NCBI GenBank assembly: GCA_040954595.2
Contig: CM082576.2
Span: forward strand, 14,387,129-14,451,128
DNA length: 64,000 nucleotides
Direction: 5' to 3'
DNA from: Balanoglossus misakiensis
Taxonomy: Eukaryota > Animalia > Hemichordata
A program made the translations under genes and the position numbers. This document shows, in pieces, positions 52,831 to 64,000 of this stretch; the stretch's first letter is position 1, and each line of letters begins with the position of its first letter. The notes beneath the pieces were generated by a model that was not told the DNA's origin, did not search any database, and saw only the letters and a program-made list of their open reading frames with translations.

Positions 52831-55800
52831 CTGCAAATGCAGACAACAAAATATCTTCAATGTTTTTCGTGTTTAAAGGCATATTTTAAAAAGCATTCTC
52901 TATACCTGTGGCTTTTGATGAGATCAGTCGTATGGTTCAGTACTTCATTTGAAACGACATCAAAGGAGCTGAAGATCATGATAAGTGAAGAATGTAAATT
53001 AACATGATCAGATCCTTACACACCACTTTGCATATACACATACATGTATACTCGAAAACATTTACATCTTTGTTGTACAGGTAACATCCTGAGCAAGAGA
53101 CACCTGTGCATCTTTTCTAGATAAAAACATAGCAAACGATGGCTGGTTCCAGGAATTTCCCTGAAGGAATTCTTCACAAACTTCACAAATGACTTGAATC
53201 CAAATCCAGGATTTTGGGGGAGACTTTAAATTCCTACGTGAATCTAACTACAGCAAACTAGAACTGAAAAGCAAACTTGGCACTAACAACACAGGTATCT
53301 CTAACTCTACACTGTGTAAAGCTGTGTATCCCGCATAAAAATCCACAACACATGTCCAAACCCAGAAACTAAAAAGACAAGGTAAAATACTTGCCTTCCT
53401 CGTCCACTATAACGTACAGACCATACTCCTCAGTGTTGTCCAAATCTAATTTACCAGCTATGAGCTGACCTGTGGGTGAAAATAGACAACACGGTCAAAT
53501 ACATACAACTTTCTAGAATTATGGAAGAACTACGGTAGTACAACACAGGTGATTAAAGGGACAAAGTCTCTCTCTCACTGCCATTTTTCCATTAATTATG
53601 TTTGATACAGGACACTGTTTATGTTATTCTACATGTGGATAAATAGTAAATCAACGTTAGACCACACACAACTTCCATCCTAGCCAAAATGAATAAAAGG
53701 TATTCATTTTGGCGAGTTTTTTGTACTCTCATGTCTACAAGTGGGATGGAAGTTGTGTGTGTTTGAACATTACTCACCATATATCCACATGTACACCAAC
53801 TTAAACAGTGTCTTATATCAAACATAATTAATGCAAAAAGGGCAGCGAGAAAGAGACTTTGTCCCTTTAAGCAAAGGGCAGAGATACAACTGTTCTTTGT
53901 GATTAGACCATACCACGAAAGTAAAATTGGAATGATTGAGTTATACACAGGGAGACAGTTACACTACATGCAATACCATCTCCATATAATGTTGAAAATA
54001 ATTTTGTTGCGCGATTCTCAAAAAAAGGCAAGGTAGACTTACAGACATCGGCCGTCGTCATGGTGGGTGTGATAGGCAAAGTTTTGGACATCAAAGCTCC
54101 ACTTTCCACATCAAGGAAGGATATCTTGAGAAAACCCTGCATGTCGCTGATGCAAGGCAACCGGCGACTGCTGTTCTCACCGTTGTTGTCTTCAAGATGC
54201 AAGTTCTTGATGACATAAACTGTAACATAATTTTTTTTACGCAAAAGTGGTGATTCCCGAAGATAACATTTGTAGGGGCGATTGGGGACACAGCAAAAAC
54301 CTTGTTATGAAAATAACTATTTATATAATAATTATTTAACCTTGTTATGAAAATAACCCATTCAGATGTTAGTATTAAACAACAGCATTCAACAGCAATG
54401 ATTACATTTCTAGCACGACATGTTGGTACTTGAAATATACTGATGCTGGGTCTTCATTCCACTATCCTGCTAGTGTTAATGGTTTGAATTTTAACACACT
54501 AAACTTAATGAAAGTTAACATAGACACAGAAAATCAGCACAACTAGTGTTTTCATTTTTATGCATATGTTGTTATATGATGTTAAATCTTGATTCCATAA
54601 TGTAGCAGTAAGAACTTTACATTAGATTCATGGAAAACCAAGATCTGCTTTGGACAGTTTGAAGTTTATACCTCATATCTTTTTTTCATCAAGCTAACTT
54701 TATCAAATTTCCTAGAGAAAACACTCAAGTACTCACCACAAAATACAAAACATGAATGCCAAGATATGGATTTTTTTTAGATTTCACCGGAAGATGAGAA
54801 ACCTACCTGCACTTATCAGCGTAGTGAGATAGTAACCGCCTTGGCCGAGGAGTAGATTTGGTTCCAATAAACCCTGCATGTAGTCAGCATCAATTTCAGC
54901 TGATCGGACATTGCACTGAGCCAACACATAAATAAATACTGGCAGGAAATCTGCAACGTTGATGAAAAAAATCAATGAGAGTGGCTGCAGTACAGTATGG
55001 AAAATTACACAAATTGATATACATTGTTCCAAGTCAGATACTAGAGAAACAGAGGCAAATGTTGAGTAGGCAATAGAAGTGTTCATTTGGGAAACGCAAT
55101 GATCTTGGCATGAGGAGGGTGTAGTGGTGGATGCAGAACTTACCATCAGCTCCCATGGAGTGTACAGCCTCATGACCCGGTCTGGTGTCTTGCGTCTAGT
55201 GAAGAAAAGGACCACCATGATTTAATAGTGGTTTGGTATCAATGTACAGTAAAACCTCAAAACCGGATACCACAGAGGCCAAAGAGATTATTTGGTTTGC
55301 GGAGATGTCCAATTTACAGAGGTTCTTTTAACTTGTTTTCAAAGTTTTCATAGTATGGAAATTTACACTGCTAAAAACCCCACCATGACCTCTGAAGAGC
55401 ATATTGTATGTACACTTCTAGTATAATGATCTCTTGTCAAGACTTGCAACACTACAACGTTTACATTTTTCAATTACTTTCTTATACATGTAATTCAACT
55501 GGAAGAGGGTCCCCCCCAAGTGATTCCAGCCGTCAGTGACTGAATCAAGTCAGACTTACCGATTTGTAGATGGTGGACACTGCTCTCAGCAGACAGTCCA
55601 TTTTGGTGAGCGGCGAATAAGCTTTATACATTTTGGTGAAGAAATGCTCCAGCACACCTATGCTGGCGCCCTGTGGAGGTATAAATACATCCTGTGATGG
55701 AAAAAGAAGAAGAAAAGAGGTCACATGGGGTAGGTAAAGCATGAGAGTGGACAATCTGATTAAAATCAGATGTAGGGAAGGGCAATGTGTTTGTTTGATT

Positions 55801-58800
55801 TTAATCAGATTGGCGAGTGGAAAAACCATGGCACAATTCACTGCCATACCAGCATCCAAAAATGATTATTGCTTTATAATTCTTCAGCCAACCCTCCAAT
55901 ATCAGCATGTAACAAACAAGGCTAATACTATTAAATGGGAAAATTTCACGGACAATAAAGTTTTGCAAACTTTCCGAGAGCCTAAAAAAACGCAAAAATA
56001 AAAAGTCGCGTAAAAATGATTTTCGGAGATACAGATGCAGAGAAATACAAGAGCGCGAAAATTAATCATCACGTAACAGTTGCCTCTTTTGATATGGCAA
56101 AAATTTCCTGTTGCGAATTGATTGAATAATTTATTTCAAAACGAACGTACGGTTTCAAGCATGCACTTACCCTGATCCCCAACTCTTCATTGGTTTTATT
56201 TTTAGCAGCCTGTAAATTCCTATTCAGAAGTTCTGCGGAACCATTTCTACAGAAGTAAAAAGTCAAAATATGCATACCTGTCAAAGTTTTGAAGCATGAC
56301 ACCAAAGGGGGTCTCTTTGTTTCTGATATATCGCTACTATGTGTTCGAGTCAGGGAAGAGTTGCATTTCAAGTGGCTGGGCCTGTGTCCAGGTTCCTACC
56401 CATGCTGCTATTCTAATCTTCTACCATTGTACAAGCAGACTCAATAAGCAAATGTGCGTATGAATAGACAGAATGTGACACACAATTAACTATAATTGTT
56501 CTCATGTGTTTTGATTTTGCCGGCAAAGAAGTTGCGGTTCCCCTGACATTCTTGTCATATTCTTTCTGACGCAATTTTACCTGGTAAATTCCTCGAATAG
56601 GCAGTCACGTATGCGCGAGTTCAGTGGCTTAATGATACACTTGTGCAAAGCGCCCTCTATGATAGCATCTTCATTGATTGGCTCATCAGATACCATCTGA
56701 AACAAATAAAATCAGCACTGGTAACAAATTTACTGTAGTCTGTAGAAAAATCACTCGCTTTTTCGGAACAGAACCACAATGCACTGGTGAAACTACAAAG
56801 CTGGGTGTTCAAAGCAGGTCTGACTGGAAAAACTCCAATAAGTGTGCAAATTTTGGTGGTGCTGACATGCACTGTTCATATCAAGAGATGAGTCATGCTA
56901 CACAGTACACACATATGCATATACATAACACACTACATGTATATGATTTACTACAACAGATGTAGCTTAAATAAAACATGAATGGCATAGTGTGGCACAG
57001 ATTCACTGACAAATATTGAATGTACCAAGTAAAATGATGACAACAGTTAGCGTGTTTCACTTACAGCGTCAAGGGGTTGTACATGTACATGTAAGTGGTC
57101 TGTGAATAGCCAATCATGTAACGCCTTATTACTTTTTAGGGGATTGTCATCAGCGGTTTTCTTGTCATCAAATTTGCCAATCAACTGTGGCTGCTCATTC
57201 TTGACATGTTGTTGAATACCAGACAAAATCACCCCTTTCACGACAAAACAAACAACATTTGAAACAGCCTTACCTTGCCCATTTCCTTGTGCAAGACAGC
57301 TTGGAAATCAAAATCTTCCTGAAGCAGATAATGTTTGATTCCATCCATGAATTGTCGGACGTTTCGCATCACAATGTTGGGATTGGTTTCTGTGCTATCT
57401 TTCGTACACTGGATGAAATGTGCAACGGACGAACCGAATGTGGTGTTCATGTTCGTTGACGTCCTGAGAGGAAAATCAAAGAAAAGCAAAGTAGAATATT
57501 TATTTTTCAAACGGAAAGACAAAACACCGACTACGGTACTACTGTATTGTTACTGTTATTCTTTTCCGTAATTTTACCAACCATGTTTTGTTTTACACCA
57601 TGTAGAAAAAAATTTGCTGCCAGAACAAACTTCAAGACACTGCCCTCTACAGCCAAATCTGGTACACAAGCACGATCATCCATGATATGCCCATAGGGTG
57701 GATTTAAGCTATTTTACGCACATTTTGGGCACAAAATTGCCATAATTCCAATGTACATGTATAGGGAACAACTTACTTGATGATATAACTCTGAATTTTC
57801 CCGCTTGGATCCTGTTTATTTCGCCTCGGAGATCTCGCTGAACAGAATAAAATTGTCAGAATATTAAAGTCTGTGAGAAGATGATTTGTAGTTTTGTTTT
57901 CTTTAACACTTTCACTCCATTTCTGTCTCTAGAGTTCCGATTTTACGATAGAAAATAATGGTTTTTGGCAAAACCATGGTGATGAAAGGGTGAAAAGAAA
58001 CTGCAAGATAACTAGGTTTGGTTTATTTTCCCTCTGTCTATATGTCAGTGGATGCACACTATTTCTGTGTGAATATATATGGTCCAATCCAATCTACGAA
58101 ATAGTAAAACAGACTAACACTGTTTGAGTGTTGCTTCCATAATCCGAGGTCCACAATTTGAAATTCCAAACATCAACATCATACCAAAGATCAATTTAAA
58201 ACATAACCTATGATTTATGTTTATAAACTACATTAACATCTACTGTAAAACACTTTATTTTCGCGAGTTCAATTTTTCGCGATATCGAGAGAGGCCACTG
58301 TTTCGCGAGTATTAATTTTCGCGTTCTCTTATTTCATTCACTGCATCGTTATCTTCAAAAACAATTTACGCGACTTTTTATTTTCACGCTATTTTGGCTC
58401 TCGCGTATTTGGCGAAAATTATTTGCTTGCGAAAATAAAGTGTTTTACAGTATCTGATGACTGCACGCATGTTTGGCAATGACATTTTGTCGGCAACAGC
58501 AATGACGGGCAGCCTGAACCTGAGGCTAACCATGTTTGGTTTGTGTCTCAGGTTTTTCAATGTCAATATACTAAACAGACCTACATTTAAAGCAGAAACG
58601 GGACTCAAACTTTTGTTCCCATAATAATAACATGTAAGGAGCTCGCAGTGGCAAAAATCACATGCATGGCTCCTGCAGACATGGGAGTGAGAAACAAACT
58701 ACTGTAAAACACTTTATTTTCGCGAGCAATTAATTTTCGCCAAATACGCGAGAGCCAAAATAGCATGAAAATAAAAAGTTGAGTAAATTGTTTTTGAAGA

Positions 58801-61800
58801 TAACGATGCAGTGAGTGAAATAAGAGAACGCGAAAATTAATACTCGCGAAACAGTGGCCTCTCTCGATATCGCGAAAAATTTAACTCGCGAAAATAAAGT
58901 GTTTTACAGTATTCAAAACTGTGCCTGTCTATTGCAGAAGTCATTCCCGATCAACAAAAGTGCATACATACCCAGATACTTAATTTTCTGCTTGACTGCT
59001 CCAAAGGCAGACGATCGCCGTCTTGCAGATTTCTCTTGTACGTTCTCCTTCTCATCACTTTCTATGAGAGAAGTCCGATCATCCGCAATCACGTAGAAGA
59101 TACTATTTTTCAGCGCAGCATTGCTTTTATTGTGTTTGTCTTTGTATATGCTGTTTTTTTTAGTTCCACCTCTTCCCGAGCCTTTCCTCGGGACGGCAGC
59201 TGTGCTGACCGGTTCGGTCTTCGTCGGCGTGGCAGCGACCTCAGGTCTCTTCAACGTGCCGTCTCGAGATGGCTTTCCGTTCTCCGGCGATTCTTTCTCC
59301 TCGGAGGTGTCATCATCGCCTTCCGGAATATCCGGCGACGCCCGCTGTTTGGCGCCCCGCAAGTTCAGCAGATCCTCCCAGCGGCTGCTGTCCAACGGGT
59401 CGGAGAGAATCGCGTCCGAGCTGCCTCCCCTCTGTCGGGAGAGGCTGAGAGGTATGCGGGAGGTTCTCTGACGAGGTCTCGGGCAGTTGACGTCGTCGGT
59501 GGCGAAGACATCGGCCGAGGGCGAGGTCGCACCGAGCTCCGGCGGATCGGTGAAAACCGAGTCCCGGCTGATGTCGCTCTCCGAAACGCTCAACGCGCTG
59601 CCGCAAGAGCCGGCCGAGTCGCGACTGGTCAAATCAGCGCTTTGTTTGTAATCCTCGTGCAGGGCGAGCATTTTCTTGTCGATCCGAACCGACTGGTTAA
59701 ACATCGCCCACTGACCTCTGGGCAACGTGAGGTTGTTGTCGTCGTCGCTCTGACTCGACGCCAACGGATCAAAGTCGCTAACGGAAAACCTGAGGTCGGA
59801 ATTCCTCGGAGACGGGGTGCGGACGGGCTCCAAGATTCCGGCGACGCCTCTGCCCGGAATAGGGATGCCCTCGTCCAGGATGCTGGAGTTTGCCGAATCC
59901 AAACTCCTGTTTTCCGACTCGCTCGCCACCGACACAAAACTGGTTCTGTCGGTCGTGGAAAACGTCGTGTTGCTGAGGTTGTCCAATATTGACGAAATTC
60001 CCGTACTCTTCGATTCGGCGCTGATCGTGCTGTCCACAGAGTGGCTACTGGTTGTACTGTACTCGGAACACAGAGATTTGCGATCATCGACATGCTTATC
60101 GCTGTCCGTATCAAACGTTGCCCAGGTGTTCCTCTTCGTGGGTGGTGTCGCACTATTACCCGGCGCGCCGTAAGGAGGGTCGCTAGCCACGGGCGTCCAC
60201 GGATCTAAGAAGTCTTTGGTGTTCTGCGTGGCGCGCGACGACGGTTCCGCGTACGGATCTCGGTTCGCGTGCGCCGCGGCCGGTATCGCGCTGGTCCGTT
60301 TCACCGGCAAGGGCGGTGGCGGCGCTTGCCTCGGAGGCGACGCCGGCAGTCGGTCCGCGTCGATCCCGAACGCCGACGGCGGGCGATGGCCCTGCCTGGT
60401 GGGTTCGAACGGCTTGTAGTAATCCCCCGAGTTCCTGCCGACGACTTTGGTCGGTGCGGACTCGCTCGCGGCCATCTGCGTGGCCGTCCGGACGGCGGGT
60501 GACACGTCGGTCGGCGGGGGTGGGGGCGAAATTATCGGTGCTGGGTAACGCTTGCCGCCGTCGCTCTCCGAAGTCACAGAGGACGATTTGTCCAGGGAGA
60601 CCTCGGAAGCCGCGGATATAGTTCTCGGACGTTCATCGAACGCCGACTTCATAAACCTCTGTCCCGGAGGCAAAGTGTTACTCCGCCGTCCTAGATAGAC
60701 TTTGTCCGTCAACGGGTCCTTCACCGTGGACGTGACACCATCAATGTCACTGGAATACAAGGGTTCGTCTCTGTGCACTTCGTCCGTTTCCGCATTTTCA
60801 CTGACTGGCACGAGCATCTCAGTCCTGATTCGCTTTGCCCGACTGTTAATTGACAGCCTCGCCAAATCAGAAGCAGACAAGGTTGCCGAACGATTCATAG
60901 ACGACGTCCAGAAATCTGCGAAGCAATGTAAAAAGTCACAGGATTCATGGCAGTTATAACACCTTACAAGGAATCAATCGCAAAGTAGTTGACGTACAAA
61001 AAACACTATGTTTTTACTGTATAATCCTTTAATTAAAGCTTTAGCCGTGATTTTCCTCTTTGATAAACACCAGGAAAATCTTGGAAACATGCTGCCAAAG
61101 AAATTTTGATGCCCCATCTTTAAAGCCACTTGCAAATGATTAGGCAGCAAAATAGCCAATTCTACAAGGCACCAAAATGTAAAATTGTTCCAAAGTAGAA
61201 GTTCATTTCTTGAGTTAAAGAACTGACATTGATTTAACAGCCACCACTTTCATTCTTTTACATCAAGAAATTGCTTAATTGGTATTACTTGCAACATGCT
61301 GAAGTATTGATTTTTTTAGGATACTCTTTCTGTCAAACAGATGCAATAGTAATGGACATAATACAATGTATCATGATATAATCAAGTCGCAATAGAAGTA
61401 TGCTGCTAGTATAATACACATCATTATTGGTTTATGTTCAACGCCACTGGAATTGACCTTTTTGAAGATTTTCAAACGAAACATTTGACGAAGGTACTAT
61501 TCTTACCTGGTCCGAGGAGACCCAATGCTGAAAGTTCTTGGGTGCTGTTGGCATGCAGAATGGGTATCGGCAGTACTAGCTGGGTTGACAAACACTCTTG
61601 GAATTTGCAAAGATGAGCTATTAACTTTGGTACGGTATCAAACACTCTGTCAACACCCTGTAGCTTGACACCTATAAACAGACAGGACATGAAGTACGAG
61701 AAGTTTATAGAGTCTGCAGCATCAGAGACAGTTTCTACTGTCTATGGCAGCATTCTGTTAACAAGTCAGATTGTCAACAACACGAATTATGAGGGAAAAC

Positions 61801-63588
61801 AGCAGTAACGGATGCCAGGAGAGAAAAAAATGTGAAGTTCTGATAATATGGACTTTTTGAATGCAGTTAGGTCAGGAACAATTTTTATGTTTTTAAGACT
61901 ATTATTTATTACTACATGTATATCTGTGATCAGTTCCTCTATAGGATTAATTATGACGGTGATGTCATTGTAAAACCTTTGACACGAAATCTAGCAATTC
62001 TGTTTTCCTTTTCATGTTAATTTTCATGTAGATTGCAATGTTTACTTAATTCTACATTTATTTGACTTTTGAGTCAGTAGGTAAAATAAGGTTTGGTTTA
62101 TAATATCAGAACCACACAATTATTTTTCTTAAACTATATTTACATGTATTGTATCACATTTACAAAACGAGGGCAGTGTGTCAATGTAGCTTTGATTTTG
62201 AAGCAAACTGAGGGTTACACAGCGAAAAACCTATTTCCTGGTATGCCGAATGTACATGTAGGAGGATGCCATAACCATCTGCGACTCCTTACCTACCACT
62301 GTTGTGTTGGGAAATGACCTTGGGTGCTGGGAGTACCGGTATGCGAATGTATGATTTTGCAAAAAAATCTTGATACACAACATTGTTTACTTGTAAAGGG
62401 ACAGGTAAACCACTCGAGCACACATTGAGTCAACACGGTATGATATACAGCAAAATCAATACGACAGTATGATAACGTATGATAACAGGGAAGTACAACT
62501 AACGGTACATTGCAAGCGACACAAATGATGGCTGTTATGTTCATACTTTGAACTCAGGATACATGTATGCGAAATCTGTAAACAAACACTGATTCAGGAA
62601 ATACTAGTAATGTGACAAATTTTATGGCAGATTTGATCAATACTTTTCCATGGCTTACCAGCAAGTGTCCTTTTGATGGTGTACTCCTTGACTACAAAAT
62701 GGGAGTCTTCTAGAACTCTCACGGCCAAAGTCATGCAGTCTGCTTCACTGCTCTGATACACTATGAAGCTCTGTAGAGACAATTTGCAAAGTATAGTTGA
62801 CACACATATGACACTATGAATTTACAGTACAATCCTTCAATTAAGCTTCGCCCATGATTAGGCATCAGACAGACCTGACTTTGTAATATTTTACTCATTG
62901 ATAAACACCAGCAAAGACTAGGAAGTCTTGGTATCGTGCTGCCAAAGTAAGTTTAATGCTTCCAATGTGAATGATTAGGTGACATATTAATATTACCAAA
63001 TTTCACGAGGCACCCAATCTGATTAAAATCAGATGTAGAGTTAAGTGCTGTTTTTAGCTTTGGTGATCGTTATGGCAAGCAGGAAAAGGGGACATGTTTT
63101 ATTAACATACTGCACAAACTGAAGTGCTGTAAAAATATTTTAAATAAGGAAACGATTTGATCTAAAACCATCAAAATATTTTCTGCAATCATGGTGTTAT
63201 GTCGGTTGGTATGGGTAAATACTTTTTCTACAATCTCAACAATTTATTCATATCACACATAACAATTGTAGCAATAGTATTTACCCATACCTACCAACCC
63301 TAACACCATCGTTGCAGAAAATATTTTGATGTTTTGAGATCAAATCTCAACAATTTATTCATATCACTCATAACAGAAGTGGAATGTACACTGCACAGAT
63401 CCAAAACTTACCCCTAGTCTTTGCGCATGAAGCATGTGCACCACCACTTTGTGGCTGGTTGTGGAGGGCTGATACCACACAGGGTGTGTTGGTATTAGGC
63501 GATCGACAACATCAATGTCTTTCACACTTGCTGCTAACTGTTCGCACACAGTAGGGGCTTTGTGGGGTGAGGGTGCCATAGGGAGTTC
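52706..63588 (-). CDS. RIN2: Ras and Rab interactor (RIN1/2/3/Sprint family) Rab5 GEF; 14 reconstructed coding exons, about 1181 aa, 5'-incomplete
   Basis: Exons 63588-63412, 62770-62659, 61671-61507, 60915-58972, 57837-57777, 57463-57274, 56696-56581, 56246-56171, 55691-55560, 55195-55144, 54950-54807, 54219-54043, 53469-53395 and 52830-52706 join in frame (3546 bp). Motifs: DRLIPTHPVW, SH2, ALHKCIIKPL (RH), MGADDFLPV and GGYYLTT (VPS9), C-terminal RA domain. Family-level call, not strict RIN2 orthology. Confidence 0.9.
53395..53469 (-). CDS. RIN2: RIN exon (RA domain) with GC donor
   Basis: CQLIAGKL...EEYGLYVIVDEE followed by AG|GCAAGT. Confidence 0.8.
54043..54219 (-). CDS. RIN2: RIN exon (VPS9 end and RA start)
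   Basis: VYVIKN...FLKISF...KTLPITPTMTTADV. Confidence 0.85.
54807..54950 (-). CDS. RIN2: RIN exon (VPS9 core)
   Basis: FLPVFIYVLAQC...YMQGLL...GGYYLTTL. Confidence 0.9.
55144..55195 (-). CDS. RIN2: RIN exon (VPS9, MGAD)
   Basis: 52 bp; supplies MGAD, with the second Asp of GADD split across the intron. Confidence 0.85.
55560..55691 (-). CDS. RIN2: RIN exon (VPS9 start)
   Basis: MYKAYSPLTKMDCLLRAVSTIY. Confidence 0.85.
55926..56118. mobile_element. Degenerate, truncated MITE of the same family
   Basis: Shares GAGAGCC...AAAATAAAAAGTCGCGTAAA...GATGCAG...CGCGAAAATTAAT with the copies above. Confidence 0.6.
56171..56246 (-). CDS. RIN2: RIN exon
   Basis: NGSAELLNRNLQAAKNKTNEELGIR; phase 2 to 0. 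Confidence 0.85.
56581..56696 (-). CDS. RIN2: RIN exon (RH domain)
   Basis: AIIEGALHKCIIKPL; phase 0 to 2. Confidence 0.85.
57274..57463 (-). CDS. RIN2: RIN exon (RH domain)
   Basis: TTFGSSVAHFIQC...VRQFMDGIKHYL. Confidence 0.85.
57777..57837 (-). CDS. RIN2: RIN exon (61 bp)
   Basis: ARSPRRNKQDPSGKIQSYII; needed to bridge phase 1 to 2. Confidence 0.75.
58241..58452. mobile_element. MITE, about 212 bp, TA-flanked, TIR CTGTAAAACACTTTATTTTCGC
   Basis: Terminal inverted repeats bounded by TA; non-coding; near-identical inverted copy at 58700-58911. Confidence 0.8.
58700..58911. mobile_element. MITE, same family, opposite orientation
   Basis: Reverse complement of 58241-58452 with few substitutions. 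Confidence 0.8.
58972..60915 (-). CDS. RIN2: RIN large exon (1944 bp, Pro/Ser-rich disordered region)
   Basis: Begins DFWTSS after a cgcag acceptor, ends KYL|GTATGT; long GC-rich open frame. Confidence 0.88.
61507..61671 (-). CDS. RIN2: RIN exon (SH2 C-terminal part)
   Basis: GVKLQG...FDTVPKLIAH...LVLPIPI...LGLLGP; phase 1 to 1. Confidence 0.85.
62659..62770 (-). CDS. RIN2: RIN exon (SH2)
   Basis: SFIVYQSS...VKEYTIK; AG/GT boundaries, phase 0 to 1. Confidence 0.85.
63154..63367. repeat. Local inverted duplication plus a 25-bp direct repeat
   Basis: 63154-63223 inverted at 63276-63346; AATCTCAACAATTTATTCATATCAC at 63232 and 63343. Confidence 0.75.
63412..63588 (-). CDS. RIN2: RIN exon (pre-SH2 and SH2 start)
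   Basis: tttcag acceptor and GTAAGT donor; ELPMAP...DRLIPTHPVWYQ...AQRLG. Confidence 0.85.
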
Positions 63589-63864
63589 CTGAAACGAATG
63601 ACACCAAAACTTGTCTCATGAGAGAGAAAGTAGAAACGCACAGAAGAATCACATGAGATTATTAATTTTTTTTACCACTTTCATGACTACATCTTTTTTA
63701 ATAGCAGATTACGTAGCAATTAAAAAATAATAATCTCTGGTATTAACTCTAAACTTGCACAAACTAGGCAGTGCTCTTCCCTGACCAATTACAAAGCAGC
63801 CAGCAGCCGCCACTCTGTAATTTGTGTAAAAACAATATAACTCATTAACATAACAATTACAAAC

Positions 63865-63999
63865 ATTGTTATGTAAATTAGTTGTCACTCTGTCAGAAAT
63901 TCCTGGGGAGAACACTTGTTGGTCATTCAGGTATATGGATTTGAACTTGTCCAAATAAGCCCAATCAGGTACTGAACACATCCCATCTTCGAACATCAT
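63865..63999 (-). CDS. Tentative upstream (possibly first) coding exon of the RIN gene
   Basis: Open frame MMFEDGMCSVPDWAYLDKF... with a phase-0 AAT|GTTTGT donor compatible with the next exon; donor is weak and the exon sits at the window edge. Confidence 0.35.
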
Positions 64000-64000
64000 T

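Noticed and set aside
54298-54357. 20-bp direct repeat in a RIN intron
   Set aside because: Simple local tandem duplication with no further structure
59036-60959. Plus-strand and alternative-frame ORFs within the large RIN exon
   Set aside because: Shadow ORFs of a GC-rich coding exon
1-64000. CRISPR arrays, rRNA, tRNA, autonomous transposase or reverse transcriptase genes
   Set aside because: No repeat-spacer structure, recognisable structural RNA or such ORF was seen

Overview
AT-rich animal genomic DNA, most consistent with a marine invertebrate; the species cannot be determined from the sequence. The left 45 kb holds a head-to-tail array of seven intact minus-strand genes for intracellular lipid-binding proteins (FABP/iLBP family, 133-136 aa), all with uninterrupted coding regions. 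Most copies have a compact promoter with an initiator-like site, a TATA-like box near -32 and an octamer about 42-44 bp upstream; copies 1-5 have an ATTAAA poly(A) signal. Paralogous non-coding blocks upstream of the genes carry nuclear-receptor DR1 sites and a recurrent plus-strand TATA / 30-nt micro-exon / GTAAGT module. Orphan copies of these blocks at 0.6-2.9 kb predict another FABP copy left of the window. The right 12 kb holds a minus-strand RIN-family gene (SH2, Pro/Ser-rich, RH, VPS9, RA). I reconstructed 14 phase-consistent coding exons by hand, including a 1944-bp exon and one GC-AG intron; the 5' end lies at or beyond the window edge. The remainder is microsatellites, a 75-bp polypyrimidine minisatellite, TA-flanked MITEs and palindromic elements. 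All alignments and coordinates were done by eye.
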